Shown here: positions 28,312 through 40,385 of the stretch, in pieces
How the letters are laid out: each line of letters starts with the position of its first letter
Numbering within the stretch: the first letter of the stretch is position 1
Origin: Nitrosomonas sp.
GTDB lineage: Bacteria; Pseudomonadota; Gammaproteobacteria; Burkholderiales; Nitrosomonadaceae
Assembly (NCBI GenBank): GCA_008015565.1
Contig: SSFV01000009.1
Location: 2,916-66,915 of the forward strand
DNA length: 64,000 nucleotides
Direction of reading: 5' to 3'
Translations under genes and position numbers: made by a program
The notes under the pieces: generated by a model
Databases searched by the model: none
What the model saw: the letters and a program-made list of their open reading frames with translations, nothing else
Told to the model about the DNA's origin: nothing

Positions 28312-29985
28312 ATGCCAGACAATAAACGCAGTCAAGCCATTACCCAGGGAGCGCAGCGTACGCCAAACCGAGCTATGTTACGTGCGGTTGGGTTTAGTGA
28401 TGGGGATTTTAACAAGCCAATTGTTGGCGTAGCCAATGGCTATTCAACCATTACGCCATGCAATAAGGGATTGAATGATTTGTCATTAAAAGCGGAATCA
28501 GCATTGAGGCAAGCTGGTGCCATGCCCCAAATGTTCGGCACTATCACGGTCTCGGATGGCATTTCAATGGGTACGGAAGGTATGAAGTATTCTCTGGTTT
28601 CGCGCGAGGTCATTGCCGATTCGATTGAAACTTGTGTTCAGGCGGAAAGCATGGATGGTGTGATAGCGATTGGCGGCTGCGACAAAAATATGCCCGGTGC
28701 AATGATTGCGATTGCGCGTATGAATGTACCTGCAATTTTTGTCTACGGTGGTACGATCAAACCCGGACACTACAAGGGTCAGGATTTGACCATAGTGAGT
28801 GCATTTGAAGCAGTGGGGCAGTACAGCGCTCATAAAATCGACAGTGAAGAATTGTTGCAAGTTGAGCGCCATGCATGCCCAGGTGCCGGTTCCTGTGGTG
28901 GTATGTTTACCGCGAATACGATGTCATCGGCTTTTGAAGCGATGGGAATGAGTTTGCCCTATTCTTCAACGATGTCTGCCGAAGATGATGAAAAATTGCT
29001 GAGTGCGGGACAATCCGCCGAAGTGTTGGTGGATGCCATCAGAAAACAAATTTTGCCACGCGACATCATTACGCGTAAATCAATTGAGAACGCCATAGCC
29101 GTGATCATGGCGGTTGGCGGTTCGACCAATGCAGTACTGCATTTTCTGGCGATTGCACATGCAGCAGACGTCGAATTGACGATAGATGACTTTGAGCATA
29201 TTCGCGGAAAAGTACCGGTATTGTGCGATCTGAAACCATCCGGACGCTATGTTACAGCCGATCTGCATCGTGCGGGCGGTATTCCGCAGGTGATGAAAAT
29301 GTTGCTGAATCATGGTTTGTTGCACGGTGACTGTATCACCATCAGCGGATTAACTATCGCTGAGATTTTAAAAAATATTCCCGATTCACCGCGTCCCGGC
29401 CAAAGTGTGATTCGTTCATGGGATCAGCCGATGTATAAGCAGGGTCATTTGGCAATTTTAAAAGGTAATCTGTCTCCCGAAGGTAGTGTGGCAAAAATTT
29501 CCGGTATCAAAAATCCGAAAATTACCGGTCCTGCACGCGTTTTTGAATCGGAAGAATCCTGTATGGCCGCAATCTTAGAGCGCAAAATTCAAGCGGGTGA
29601 TGTGGTGGTTATACGTTACGAAGGTCCGAAAGGGGGTCCGGGTATGCGCGAAATGCTTTCGCCAACTTCTGCGTTAATTGGCGAAGGTTTGGGGGATTCC
29701 GTCGGATTGATAACGGATGGCCGTTTTTCCGGAGGCACTTATGGCATGGTGGTAGGACATGTTGCGCCGGAAGCCTATGCGGGCGGAACAATTGCACTGG
29801 TGCAAGAGGGTGACTCGATTACTATTGATGCGGAACAGCGGTTATTGCAATTGAATGTGCCGGATGATGTCCTGTCTCAGCGCCGCGCAGCGTGGCAACC
29901 GCCGCAGCCGCGTTATAAGCGTGGCGTACTGGCCAAATACGCGAAATTGGTATCCAGTGCGAGTAGAGGCGCGATCACGGACTAA
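28312..29985 (+). CDS. ilvD: Dihydroxy-acid dehydratase
   Basis: [67 protein letters not shown]. Confidence 0.97.
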   Translation: MPDNKRSQAITQGAQRTPNRAMLRAVGFSDGDFNKPIVGVANGYSTITPCNKGLNDLSLKAESALRQAGAMPQMFGTITVSDGISMGTEGMKYSLVSREVIADSIETCVQAESMDGVIAIGGCDKNMPGAMIAIARMNVPAIFVYGGTIKPGHYKGQDLTIVSAFEAVGQYSAHKIDSEELLQVERHACPGAGSCGGMFTANTMSSAFEAMGMSLPYSSTMSAEDDEKLLSAGQSAEVLVDAIRKQILPRDIITRKSIENAIAVIMAVGGSTNAVLHFLAIAHAADVELTIDDFEHIRGKVPVLCDLKPSGRYVTADLHRAGGIPQVMKMLLNHGLLHGDCITISGLTIAEILKNIPDSPRPGQSVIRSWDQPMYKQGHLAILKGNLSPEGSVAKISGIKNPKITGPARVFESEESCMAAILERKIQAGDVVVIRYEGPKGGPGMREMLSPTSALIGEGLGDSVGLITDGRFSGGTYGMVVGHVAPEAYAGGTIALVQEGDSITIDAEQRLLQLNVPDDVLSQRRAAWQPPQPRYKRGVLAKYAKLVSSASRGAITD

Positions 29986-29999
29986 TCTTAGCTTTTCTT

Positions 30000-32096
30000 A
30001 TGGATTCTGAAATGGCCAATCATCTTAGCAGTGAAACCAGCCCATATTTGTTACAGCATTGCGGCAATCCGGTGGATTGGTATCCCTGGGGTGAGCAGGC
30101 GCTTAATTTGGCTCGTACGCAAAATAAACCGATTTTGCTGTCGATCGGTTATTCCGCTTGCCACTGGTGCCACGTTATGGCACATGAATCGTTCGAGAAT
30201 GTTGAAGTGGCTGCCGTGATGAACAAGCATTTCATCAACATCAAAGTGGATCGGGAAGAACGTCCGGACATTGATCAGATTTATCAAACCGCGCATTACA
30301 TTATGAATCATCGTAATGGCGGCTGGCCGCTGACGATGTTTTTGACACCGGAGCAGAAACCTTATTTCGGCGGAACATATTTTCCGCTGCAGCCGCGTTA
30401 TGGTTTGCCTGGTTTTTTGGAATTGTTGCCTCGGGTTGCCGAGGCCTATTACACGCGCAGCGAAGATATTGAGAAACAAGGCAAGGTATTGTTGAAGTTA
30501 ATGAATCAAACGCTGCCTGATAGTAAAAGCTCATCACACGAGCAATTCTCAGCAGCGTTATTAACACAAGCGATCAAGCATCTGGAAGAACAATTTGATC
30601 CGGTTTATGGTGGTTTTGGGGGGGCTCCAAAATTCCTTCATCCCGCCGAGTTGGCTTTTTGCTTGCACCAGTATTTTAAGACTCAAAACACTCAGGCCTT
30701 GCAGATGGTGGTTTTTACCTTGGAAAAGATGGCCAAAGGCGGTATCTACGATCATTTGGGCGGCGGATTCTATCGTTATAGTACCGACGCTTATTGGCGT
30801 ATTCCGCATTTTGAAAAAATGCTGTATGACAATGGCCCATTGCTGCAACTGTTTACTATTTCATGGTTAGCTTCGGACAATCCGCTATTCAAACGAATTG
30901 TCGAGGATACCGCGCAATGGGTGATGCGTGAAATGCAGTCCGGTTCGCCGAATGAAGGTGGTTATTATTCAACACTGGATGCCGATTCAGAACACGAGGA
31001 AGGCAAATATTATGTGTGGGATCGCGATGAGGTTACGCAAATTTTAACTGCGGAGGAGTTTGCACTGATTGCGCCTTATTACGGATTATCTCAGGCACCT
31101 AATTTTGAACAGAAATTATGGAACCTGGAAATTACAACTGATCTTGCAGAAATTGCACAACGTCTTGGTATGACGTTGGATCATGCGCAGAAAACCTTAT
31201 TGTCTGCACACACCAAGTTGCAAGCAATCCGTGCGTGTCGTGTTCGTCCGGGGCGCGATGAGAAAATTCTGGTCAGTTGGAATGGCTTGATGATCAAGGG
31301 AATGGCGCATGCCGGGCGTACATTCGGTCAAGCGGCATGGATCCAATCGGCGCAACGTTCAGCCGATTTTATTCGTACAGTGCTATGGAAAAATAACCGT
31401 TTGCTGGCAACATATAAAGATGGGAAAGCGCATTTAAATGCCTATCTTGACGATTACGTATTTTTGTTAGATGGGTTACTAGAGTTAATGCAAACTGAGT
31501 TTCGTGAAGTTGATCTGGAATTTGCTATTATGTTAGCGGAAGTTGTGTTGGATCAATTCGAAGATCGAGAAGATGGCGGTTTCTATTTTACCAGCCACGA
31601 TCATGAGCAACTGATTCATCGTCCCAAACCTGTTTATGACAATGCTATAGCATCTGGAAATGGTATGGCGGCAATGGTATTGCAGCGCTTAGGTCTTATT
31701 TTGAGTGAACCTCGTTATCTTCAGGCGGCCGAACGGACGATCCGTTTGTTTTATCCCATGATGTCGACACAATTGAGCGGTTATTGCAGTTTACTGACTG
31801 CAATGGATGAAACGTTGTTTCCTCCGGTAATGATTATTCTACGAGGTCATTCCGATGAATTGAAAATATGGCAACATACAATACAACGACAATTTCCGCA
31901 TATGCTTGTCTTGGCACTTTCGCAGGAACTATTTAATTTGCCGCCCAGTCTTAGCAAAGCCGTTTCTACAGTGGCTGCAGTTTGTTCTGTAAGTGCTTGG
32001 GTATGTACGGTGGCTGGTTGTATGCCGGAAATAACAAATTTGCAGGATTTGCTGCAGATATGTAAAGTTCAAGGTAGAATAAGTAACCTTTTATAA
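30000..32096 (+). CDS. Thioredoxin-domain protein YyaL/DUF255 (SSP411-like)
   Basis: [79 protein letters not shown]. Confidence 0.93.
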   Translation: MDSEMANHLSSETSPYLLQHCGNPVDWYPWGEQALNLARTQNKPILLSIGYSACHWCHVMAHESFENVEVAAVMNKHFINIKVDREERPDIDQIYQTAHYIMNHRNGGWPLTMFLTPEQKPYFGGTYFPLQPRYGLPGFLELLPRVAEAYYTRSEDIEKQGKVLLKLMNQTLPDSKSSSHEQFSAALLTQAIKHLEEQFDPVYGGFGGAPKFLHPAELAFCLHQYFKTQNTQALQMVVFTLEKMAKGGIYDHLGGGFYRYSTDAYWRIPHFEKMLYDNGPLLQLFTISWLASDNPLFKRIVEDTAQWVMREMQSGSPNEGGYYSTLDADSEHEEGKYYVWDRDEVTQILTAEEFALIAPYYGLSQAPNFEQKLWNLEITTDLAEIAQRLGMTLDHAQKTLLSAHTKLQAIRACRVRPGRDEKILVSWNGLMIKGMAHAGRTFGQAAWIQSAQRSADFIRTVLWKNNRLLATYKDGKAHLNAYLDDYVFLLDGLLELMQTEFREVDLEFAIMLAEVVLDQFEDREDGGFYFTSHDHEQLIHRPKPVYDNAIASGNGMAAMVLQRLGLILSEPRYLQAAERTIRLFYPMMSTQLSGYCSLLTAMDETLFPPVMIILRGHSDELKIWQHTIQRQFPHMLVLALSQELFNLPPSLSKAVSTVAAVCSVSAWVCTVAGCMPEITNLQDLLQICKVQGRISNLL

Positions 32097-32117
32097 TTTT
32101 AATAAGGAAAAAAATTT

Positions 32118-32438
32118 ATGAGAAAAGTACTAATAGGAGCATTTGCAGCATCAGCCATTTTATTAGCCGGTGGTGCACAAGCAAGCGCAGAACTTGCGAA
32201 AAATAGTGGTTGCCTGAACTGCCACAATGTAGATACCAAATTAGTAGGGCCAGCCCTGAAAGATATCGCTGCTAAATATGCCGATCAGGCTGATGCTTCT
32301 GATTATCTGACTGACAAAATCATTAAAGGAAGTAATGGTGTTTGGGGTCAGGTGCCAATGCCACCAAAAGGCGGCAGTGCGACTTTAACGGATGCTGATG
32401 CTAAAGTATTGGCAGACTTTATTCTGACACTGAAGTAA
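32118..32438 (+). CDS. Class I monohaem cytochrome c552/c551
   Basis: Signal peptide; CLNCH haem site; TKLVGPALKDIAAKYA and GVWGQVPMPP (axial Met). Closely resembles the N. europaea cytochrome c552 sequence as I recall it. Confidence 0.92.
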   Translation: MRKVLIGAFAASAILLAGGAQASAELAKNSGCLNCHNVDTKLVGPALKDIAAKYADQADASDYLTDKIIKGSNGVWGQVPMPPKGGSATLTDADAKVLADFILTLK

Positions 32439-32454
32439 TTCGCAATCATTGCAG

Positions 32455-32486
32455 AAAAGCCGACGTCTAATAACGTCGGCTTTTTT
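32455..32486 (+). terminator. Rho-independent terminator after cytochrome c
   Basis: AAAAGCCGACGT-CTAATA-ACGTCGGCTTTTTT. Confidence 0.88.
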
Positions 32487-32535
32487 ATTGACGTAATGTT
32501 TTGGCAATGACGACTTATGGTTTACCGGAGAAAGA

Positions 32536-32952
32536 ATGAAAACACGTATCACTTGGAAAGGAAATGTCAGTTTTTTAGCTGAATCCGGCAGCGGCCACTC
32601 GGTTCTGATGGATGGCGCGCCGGAAGCAGGCGGACAAAACCTCGGGCCGCGTCCGATGGAAATGATGTTGATAGGGCTAGGAGGCTGCACCAGTTTTGAT
32701 GTCGTGCATATTCTTAAAAAAGGCCGTCAGGATATTCAAGATTGCGTGGTTGAAATCGAAGCCGAGCGTGCGCCGGTGGATCCGAAAGTTTTTACCCATA
32801 TTCATCTGCACTTCATCATCACCGGAAATAACTTGAGTGCACAGCAAGTTGAACGTGCAATAAATCTTTCGTCAGAAAAATATTGCTCCGCATCAATCAT
32901 GCTTAAAAATACCGTTAAGATCACTCACGATTTTGAAATCGTTAACTTATAG
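32536..32952 (+). CDS. OsmC family protein (YhfA-like)
   Basis: GPRPMEMMLIGLGGCTSFDVV, KVFTHIHLHF, LSSEKYCSAS. Confidence 0.92.
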   Translation: MKTRITWKGNVSFLAESGSGHSVLMDGAPEAGGQNLGPRPMEMMLIGLGGCTSFDVVHILKKGRQDIQDCVVEIEAERAPVDPKVFTHIHLHFIITGNNLSAQQVERAINLSSEKYCSASIMLKNTVKITHDFEIVNL

Positions 32953-33500
32953 ATTTAAGAAAAATTCCAGAATATTTATTACATCAAGTAAATTTGTTGA
33001 CGGCAAAAGAAAAAATGAAAGATAAGTGCAAGTAGTAAATGTAATAAAATGTGTGTGCAACAATTGGATCAGCTTGCTGCCTATAAAACGCTGAACCTAT
33101 CAGTGATTTTTCAGTACCATGCCGTATGGTCATATTTCCTGCGCATCTGTTTATCAATTTCAGTATTGCTGTAGTGCATGTTCTGTTAGCTTTAAACGCT
33201 ACATCCGGTATCTTTTAGCCTTGGCCGGTTGATTGTGCGTCATATGGCATTTTTATTTAGCAAGTTAAGTGATCAAAAGATAACGGTAGACAACACAACT
33301 CAGAAAATTGGGCTTATTGGAGAATTCTGCATAATCAGTTTTTTGGTTAATTTATGATTTCTAAGTTATTGATCTTGTAAATATCACAAAAATTGAATAA
33401 TGCTAAAAAACAGAGCGATGCAGGAAAATTTATTATGAAAGTCAGCTACCGGTAATCGAGCCGGTCTTCCAGGAACGTTATATTTTTATCATGATGTCAG

Positions 33501-35030
33501 TTAGTTTGCTGCATAAATCCACTCATTCAACAGCAATCGCGCTACGTCAATGATATCTGCCGCGGCCATACCTACCATCCCACGATACTGTTGTACCCAC
33601 CGGTCCGCCGCTGCGCCATGCAGATAAACCGCCAGTAATAACGCTTGATCCGGCTTCAGGCCTTGCGCGATCAATGCCCCGATAATGCCGGCTAGTACAT
33701 CGCCGGTTCCGGCGGTGCTGAGTGCGGGGTTGCCGCTGGTGTTGAGATAGCGTTTACCATCCGGAAAGCAGCAGATGCTGCCTGCGCCTTTTAATATTAC
33801 ATAGCTGTTGAATTGCTGCGCGAGTTGCAAGGCGGCATTCATGCGATTGTGTTGCACGGCGGCGGTATCGGTTTTTAGCAGGCGAGCGGCTTCGGCGGGG
33901 TGAGGCGTCAGAATGGCTGGGGTCTTCCGTTGACTTAGTTTCTTGGCCAGATACGAGTGTTGCGCGATCAAATTGAGCGCGTCGGCATCAAGTACTAAGG
34001 GGTATTCGCTAATCAGCGCGACTTCCAGCCACGACAATGCGACTGCGGATTGCCCTAAACCGGGGCCTATTACGAGGCAATTCAAGGGCTTTAACGTGAA
34101 TATCTCGGATGGCGCGCGTAACATTAATTCCGGTTGTGAAAAATCAACTGCGGGTGCATTGTCTGCCAATAAACCCAAATATACGCGTCCAGCCCCCAAA
34201 TGTAAGGCCGATCGGCCGGCCAGCAATGCTGCTCCAACCATGCCGGTAGAGCCGCCCAGTATTGCAACGTTCCCAAAAGAACCTTTGTGGCTGTTAGCGA
34301 AGCGGGGAGGCGGAAGCAATGCATAGGCCAGCGTTTCGTTTATTAGCCAGGCTCGTGGTTCAGGCGGTGCGGGTAAGCGGATATCAAGGCCGCATAGTAC
34401 GACTGTGCCGCAGCATTCGGGTCCGTAGTTGGTAAATAGACCGGCTTTATAGCCAATGAAAGTTATGGTTGCCGTCGCGTGAATAGCAATGCCATATATG
34501 CAACCGTCGTCACTGCCCAATCCGGAGGGAATATCGAGTGCTGCAATCGGCACATGCATCTGATTGACGGTTTCGATCCATTCGCGGTATTTGCCTGCAA
34601 TGGGACGATTTTGCGATTGATCCAAGCCGATGCCAAATAGGCCGTCAACGATCATATCCCAGTTTTTATCGCCATTGGGTATATCAACAGAAATTTCGCC
34701 GCCGATATGAAGCCAGGATTGTATGGCGTGTTTCGCATCTTGTGGCGCGTGCTGAGAATCTCCGCTGAACACTACTGTTACGGCATTGCCCCATTCCTTC
34801 AGATAGCGCGCCGCGACGAAGGCATCGCCTCCGTTATTGCCAGGCCCGGCAAGCACTAAAATGCAGCGATTAGACTTTCTAAGTAACTGGTCACGGATAA
34901 TCTGGGCTGCTGCCAATCCTGCTTTTTCCATTAAACGTGGAGGCTTGGGTAGCATGGTGGCCGCTTGGTGTTCAATTTCACGTATCTCCGAAGTCAGATA
35001 AACGGGATTGGAAGTCATGATAATACTCAC
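33501..35030 (-). CDS. nnr: Bifunctional NAD(P)H-hydrate epimerase/dehydratase
   Basis: LMEKAG, GPGNNGGD, DGLFGIG, LDIPSG, HKGSFG, IGPGLG, LDADALN, LTPHPAEAARL, GTGDVLAG. Start may be 35018. Confidence 0.93.
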   Translation of the reverse strand: MSIIMTSNPVYLTSEIREIEHQAATMLPKPPRLMEKAGLAAAQIIRDQLLRKSNRCILVLAGPGNNGGDAFVAARYLKEWGNAVTVVFSGDSQHAPQDAKHAIQSWLHIGGEISVDIPNGDKNWDMIVDGLFGIGLDQSQNRPIAGKYREWIETVNQMHVPIAALDIPSGLGSDDGCIYGIAIHATATITFIGYKAGLFTNYGPECCGTVVLCGLDIRLPAPPEPRAWLINETLAYALLPPPRFANSHKGSFGNVAILGGSTGMVGAALLAGRSALHLGAGRVYLGLLADNAPAVDFSQPELMLRAPSEIFTLKPLNCLVIGPGLGQSAVALSWLEVALISEYPLVLDADALNLIAQHSYLAKKLSQRKTPAILTPHPAEAARLLKTDTAAVQHNRMNAALQLAQQFNSYVILKGAGSICCFPDGKRYLNTSGNPALSTAGTGDVLAGIIGALIAQGLKPDQALLLAVYLHGAAADRWVQQYRGMVGMAAADIIDVARLLLNEWIYAAN

Positions 35031-35106
35031 ATTGGTGGGATGATCGGTGATAAGTACATCTTCTCGTGTAAAATTGCAATCTTTACTAATCGCTTTATTT
35101 CTTCTG

Positions 35107-38100
35107 ATGCTTCAATTTTGTGGTGGACGTGCGCTTTCTCCGTTTCGTCTGGAAAAATTAATCAAACAAATTAAAATGTTGGGTTTGCCGGTGTCGCACC
35201 TTACGGCGGACTATTGGCATTTCTGCGCGGTTACGCAGGACTTGCAGGCCCCAGGTATGATAGCGTTGCGCAAGCTCCTCAATCACGATGAAACACTGGA
35301 AAATATACATCATCCAGGTGAGCTTTTTTTAGTGTTGCCGCGGCCTGGCACGATTTCTCCATGGTCGACAAAAGCTACCGATATTGCGCATCACTGTGGA
35401 TTATTGGCTGTGGAGCGCATCGAGCGCGGAATTGCATATCACATTCAATCTAATAATAAACTGTCAAGTGCAGACAAAACACGGATCAAATCGTTGCTGC
35501 ATGACCGCATGACCGAAGCGGTTTTTGCAACATTCGAGGATGCCAGGCAATTGTTTCTGCATTTCAAGCCCAAACCGCTCAATACCATCGATGTGATGGA
35601 AGGGGGCGTTGAAGCGTTGCAGCAAGCGAATGAAGCGATGGGATTAGCGCTATCGGTGGATGAAATCAGCTATCTGGTTTTTCATTTTCAGCAAATGGCT
35701 CGCAATCCAACCGATGTTGAATTGATGATGTTCGCGCAAGCCAATTCCGAGCATTGCCGTCATAAAATCTTCAATGCGGATTGGATAGTGGATGGCAAGC
35801 CGCAGGATAAGTCGCTGTTTGCGATGATCCGCAATACGCATCAAATGCACCCGCAAGGCACGCTGGTGGCGTATGCCGACAATGCCAGTATCATAGAAGG
35901 TACGGATATCGACAGGTTTTACGCAAGTGACGGACAGATTTATGGTTACGAGCGAGAAAAAACACATATCTTGATGAAAGTGGAAACGCATAATCATCCA
36001 ACGGCTATTTCGCCATTCCCTGGTGCGGCAACCGGTGTTGGCGGCGAAATCCGTGATGAAGGCGCAACCGGACGTGGCGCGAAACCGAAAGCCGGATTAT
36101 GTGGTTTCTCGGTATCCAATCTGAACATTCCACTTTTTGTGCAACCGTGGGAATACGATCGGGCCGATGGTCAATCGAACTATGGCAAGCCAGGGCGTAT
36201 TGCGTCCGCATTACAAATCATGCTGGAAGGCCCGATAGGCGGCGCGGCATTCAATAATGAATTCGGGCGCCCGAATCTGGCAGGGTATTTTCGTACATTT
36301 GAAGAGTGTGTGGCTGGAGAAATGCGCGGTTATCACAAGCCGATTATGCTGGCTGGCGGTATCGGGCAAATTTCAGATGTCCATGTTCGTAAGCAAAAAA
36401 TTCCTGCAGGTGCGCTGCTGATTCAATTGGGCGGACCGGGGATGTTGATTGGACTGGGAGGTGGCGCCGCGTCCAGTATGGATACCGGCAGCAATCTCGA
36501 AGCACTGGATTATGATTCGGTGCAGCGTGGTAATCCGGAAATGCAGCGGCGCGCGCAGGAAGTTATCGATCGATGCTGGCAGTTACAAAGAAGCGGAGTT
36601 GAGAACCCGATTTTATCCATTCACGATGTGGGTGCGGGCGGCTTGTCCAATGCGCTTCCAGAGTTGGTGTATGACTCCGGATGTGGCGGACATTTCAATT
36701 TGCGCGATGTTCCGTCGGAAGAAACCAGCATGTCGCCGATGCAAATTTGGAGTAATGAAGCACAGGAACGTTACGTGTTGGCGATTAAACCGGAATCTCT
36801 TTCGCTGTTTCAACGTATTTGCGAGCGCGAGCGTTGTCCATTCGCCGTGGTCGGTGAAGCCACCGGCGATGAGCAATTGCTGGTGATTGATCAGCAATCA
36901 GCAATACCGCCTGTGGATATGCCGTTGCCGGTACTGCTCGGCAAACCGCCGAAAATGACGCGCGATGTAACCCGTATCGGCCGAATATTGCCAGCACTCG
37001 ATTGGTCCGGAGTGAACTTGACAGAAGCTGCTTATCGGGTATTACAGTTACCCGCAGTGGCTGACAAGACTTTTTTGATAACAATTGGTGATCGTAGCGT
37101 TGGCGGTTTGTCGGTGCGCGATCAAATGGTTGGGCCTTGGCAAATCCCGGTTGCCGATACCGCGGTGACGAGCATGGGATATCGAACGTATTCAGGTGAG
37201 GCATTCGCCATTGGCGAACGTACGCCGTTAGCGCTCATTGATCCGAAAGCCGCTGCCCGCATGGCAGTGGGGGAGGCTATTACCAATATTGCTGCGGCAG
37301 CGATCGAGCGGATTGAAGCGATTAAATTGTCGGCAAATTGGATGGCAGCAGCCGGACATACGGGTGAAGATGCCGGATTATACGATGCGGTGCATACCGT
37401 TGGCATGGAATTATGCCCGCAATTGGGTATCAGCATTCCGGTCGGTAAAGATTCGATGTCGATGAAAACTGCTTGGGAGCAGTCGGGAATATGCAAGCAA
37501 GTTACCGCGCCGTTATCGCTGATCATCTCGGCTTTTGCCGCGGTGACGGATGTGCGCAATTCGTTAACGCCGCAGCTTCGTACCGATTGCGGCGATACCG
37601 AGTTGGTTTTGATCGATTTGGGATTGGGGCAGAATCGCTTGGGTGGATCGGCGTTGGCGCAAGTGTACAAGCAAGTCGGCAATCATGCGCCGAACATCGA
37701 TGGTGAGACGGGAGCGCAGAAACTCAAAGCATTTTTTACTGCAATTCAGCATCTTAATCAGGAAAATAAACTGTTGGCTTACCATGATCGTTCTGATGGC
37801 GGCTTATTTGTGACGATATGCGAAATGGCATTTGCCGGACATACCGGCATCACTGTGAATTTAGATCAATTGTGTTTTGATACGCAGGGTAGTGATATTG
37901 ACGGTGCGGAATTGCGGCCTGAACAACTGAGCGGCCGTTTTCTGGAACGTTTGCTCGCAGTCTTGTTCAATGAGGAATTAGGCGCAGTGGTGCAAATCAA
38001 GACCCAACATCGTCAGGCGACGATGCAAATTTTAGCGCAAGCAGGTTTGCGCGATCACAGTTTTATCATCGGAAAGCCTAACGCAACCGATGACATTCGT

Positions 38101-39096
38101 TTAATGCGCAATAACAAGACTGTGTTGGCGGAAAAACGCGTGGCTTTGCAGCGTGCCTGGTCAGAAACCACCTTTCACATGCAATCTTTGCGCGACAATC
38201 CGGAATGTGCGCAGCAGGAATTTGATCGCATTCTGGATGCTGCAGATCCCGGTTTGCAGGTTGAGTTGAGTTATGATGCGCATGACGATATCGCTAGGCC
38301 TTTCATTCAAACCGGTGCACATCCCCGCATGGCCATATTGCGCGAACAGGGTGTGAATGGCCATATGGAAATGGCGGCAGCTTTCGATCATGCCGGGTTT
38401 TTCACTGTTGATGTGCATATGAGCGATATTATCGCAGGACGTGTTTCCTTAAAGGATTTTAAAGGTTTTGCCGCTTGCGGCGGATTTTCTTATGGGGATG
38501 TGTTGGGTGCGGGTGAAGGTTGGGCCAAGTCGATTTTGTTTAATCCACGCGCACGGGATGAATTTGCAGCATTCTTTCAGCGTGGCGATACCTTCGCACT
38601 GGGCGTATGCAATGGCTGCCAGATGATGAGTAATTTGCATGAGATCATACCAGGCGCAGAGCGGTGGCCACGCTTTAGACGCAATGTTTCGGAGCAGTTT
38701 GAAGCGCGATTGGTCATGGTGGAGGTACAACAGAGTCCATCACTGTTTTTTGATGGCATGGCGGGCAGCCGTATGCCGATAACGGTTGCACATGGTGAAG
38801 GCAGGGTTGAATTTTCTTCCGTTCAACCTGACAATGCGGCTGCGCTGGTTACGTTGCGATACGTCGATAACTACGGGCAAGTGACTGAGAAATATCCCTA
38901 TAATCCGAATGGATCGTTGTCGGGTATAACCGGACTGACCACTCCGGATGGGCGTTTTAATGTGTTAATGCCGCACCCGGAGCGTTTGTTCCGCATGACA
39001 CAGCATTCCTGGCATCCCCTGAAATCAAGAGCCGATGCAATGGAAGACGGCCCCTGGGTACGCCTGTTCCGGAATGCGCGCAAATGGGTGGGGTAA
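35107..39096 (+). CDS. purL: Phosphoribosylformylglycinamidine synthase (large type)
   Basis: [34 protein letters not shown], GATase GVCNGCQ and MPHPER. Start taken at ATG 35107 ([11 protein letters not shown]). Confidence 0.98.
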   Translation: MLQFCGGRALSPFRLEKLIKQIKMLGLPVSHLTADYWHFCAVTQDLQAPGMIALRKLLNHDETLENIHHPGELFLVLPRPGTISPWSTKATDIAHHCGLLAVERIERGIAYHIQSNNKLSSADKTRIKSLLHDRMTEAVFATFEDARQLFLHFKPKPLNTIDVMEGGVEALQQANEAMGLALSVDEISYLVFHFQQMARNPTDVELMMFAQANSEHCRHKIFNADWIVDGKPQDKSLFAMIRNTHQMHPQGTLVAYADNASIIEGTDIDRFYASDGQIYGYEREKTHILMKVETHNHPTAISPFPGAATGVGGEIRDEGATGRGAKPKAGLCGFSVSNLNIPLFVQPWEYDRADGQSNYGKPGRIASALQIMLEGPIGGAAFNNEFGRPNLAGYFRTFEECVAGEMRGYHKPIMLAGGIGQISDVHVRKQKIPAGALLIQLGGPGMLIGLGGGAASSMDTGSNLEALDYDSVQRGNPEMQRRAQEVIDRCWQLQRSGVENPILSIHDVGAGGLSNALPELVYDSGCGGHFNLRDVPSEETSMSPMQIWSNEAQERYVLAIKPESLSLFQRICERERCPFAVVGEATGDEQLLVIDQQSAIPPVDMPLPVLLGKPPKMTRDVTRIGRILPALDWSGVNLTEAAYRVLQLPAVADKTFLITIGDRSVGGLSVRDQMVGPWQIPVADTAVTSMGYRTYSGEAFAIGERTPLALIDPKAAARMAVGEAITNIAAAAIERIEAIKLSANWMAAAGHTGEDAGLYDAVHTVGMELCPQLGISIPVGKDSMSMKTAWEQSGICKQVTAPLSLIISAFAAVTDVRNSLTPQLRTDCGDTELVLIDLGLGQNRLGGSALAQVYKQVGNHAPNIDGETGAQKLKAFFTAIQHLNQENKLLAYHDRSDGGLFVTICEMAFAGHTGITVNLDQLCFDTQGSDIDGAELRPEQLSGRFLERLLAVLFNEELGAVVQIKTQHRQATMQILAQAGLRDHSFIIGKPNATDDIRLMRNNKTVLAEKRVALQRAWSETTFHMQSLRDNPECAQQEFDRILDAADPGLQVELSYDAHDDIARPFIQTGAHPRMAILREQGVNGHMEMAAAFDHAGFFTVDVHMSDIIAGRVSLKDFKGFAACGGFSYGDVLGAGEGWAKSILFNPRARDEFAAFFQRGDTFALGVCNGCQMMSNLHEIIPGAERWPRFRRNVSEQFEARLVMVEVQQSPSLFFDGMAGSRMPITVAHGEGRVEFSSVQPDNAAALVTLRYVDNYGQVTEKYPYNPNGSLSGITGLTTPDGRFNVLMPHPERLFRMTQHSWHPLKSRADAMEDGPWVRLFRNARKWVG

Positions 39097-39132
39097 TTTG
39101 TCGACTAATTGATTTCTAAGGGTATGATTGAA

Positions 39133-40362
39133 ATGACAAACTATAGTAAAAGCCGAACGAACAGGATTGCCAGTGTAGTGTTACTGTTGTTGAGCATGAG
39201 TTATTGCTACGGTGCATGGGCAAGTATCATACCCGCGAAAAAACCGGAGCCTAAGCATTGCGTGGCATTAGGAAGCTGGGTGATCCCCGGCGTTGGTGAA
39301 ACGGCACAACAAGAAGTGATAGCGCAGGCCAGTAAAGCATCAGTCGTATTGTTGGGTGAAACGCATGTCAATGCGGATCATCATCGCTGGCAATTGCAGA
39401 CGCTGGCAGCATTACATGCCATACGCCCCAAGATGGTGATCGGTTTTGAAATGTTTCCTCGCCGGGTACAGGCAGTACTGGATAAATGGGTTGCGGGAGA
39501 ATTGTCTGAAAGCGAATTTCTACGCGCTTCCGAATGGAATTCTGTTTGGAATACCGATGCCAATCTGTATTTGCCGCTATTCCATTTTGCACGTATGAAT
39601 CGCATACCAATGCGGGCGCTAAATATCGAAACGAGTTTGCGTCGGCAAGTGGCAGAAAAAGGGTTTTATGGTATCCCTGTGGAAGAGCGGGAAGGGTTAA
39701 CTTATCCTGCAGAACCGAGCCAGGCGTACATCGAATATCTATTACCGATTTACAAGCAGCATGACCGGAAAGACAAGAAAGCGGGTGAAATTGCATACGA
39801 TGATCCGGATTTCAGACGATTTATAGCGGGGCAGCAATTATGGGATCGTGCCATGGCGCAAATCCTGCAACAAGCTGCGGCTGAATCCGTGGCAGATAAA
39901 CCGCTGATTGTTGGCATCATGGGTACCGGCCATGTATTGCATGGTTTTGGCGTAACGCATCAGTTGCATGATCTGGGAATTAAGAAAGTCGCCGCATTGC
40001 TGCCGTGGGATAGCGACAAATCGTGCAAGCAACTTGTAGCAGGCGTGGCTGACGCAGTGTTTGGTGTATTGCCTCATGTATCCGGGGCAAGCCGGCCACA
40101 GTTCCAACGGCTGGGCATACGCTATGAAATGGGCAGGGGCGGGGCTGTGATACTGCAAGTGGAAAAAAACAGCATAGCGGAACAAGCCCAATTGAAGGAT
40201 TCGGATGTGATTGTCGAAATGGCGGGCGTGCCGATCAAGACAATGGAGGATGTAATCACGATCGTGAAGCGTCAAGCACCCGGTACCTGGTTGCCTATCA
40301 AAATCAAGAGAGAAGCTGCGGAAATGGAGATTATCGCTAAGTTTCCTGCAATAAAAACTTAA
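39133..40362 (+). CDS. ChaN/PhuW-like (cofactor/haem-binding) exported protein with C-terminal PDZ domain
   Basis: VVLLGETHVNADHHRWQL, GFEMFPR..Q.VLDKW, Y.PLFHFAR, Q.LWDRAMA, GIMGTGHV; PDZ RLGI...VEKNSIAEQAQLKDSDVI. Start uncertain (39109-39133). Confidence 0.8.
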   Translation: MTNYSKSRTNRIASVVLLLLSMSYCYGAWASIIPAKKPEPKHCVALGSWVIPGVGETAQQEVIAQASKASVVLLGETHVNADHHRWQLQTLAALHAIRPKMVIGFEMFPRRVQAVLDKWVAGELSESEFLRASEWNSVWNTDANLYLPLFHFARMNRIPMRALNIETSLRRQVAEKGFYGIPVEEREGLTYPAEPSQAYIEYLLPIYKQHDRKDKKAGEIAYDDPDFRRFIAGQQLWDRAMAQILQQAAAESVADKPLIVGIMGTGHVLHGFGVTHQLHDLGIKKVAALLPWDSDKSCKQLVAGVADAVFGVLPHVSGASRPQFQRLGIRYEMGRGGAVILQVEKNSIAEQAQLKDSDVIVEMAGVPIKTMEDVITIVKRQAPGTWLPIKIKREAAEMEIIAKFPAIKT

Positions 40363-40385
40363 ATATTGGATGTAAACCGGTAACC

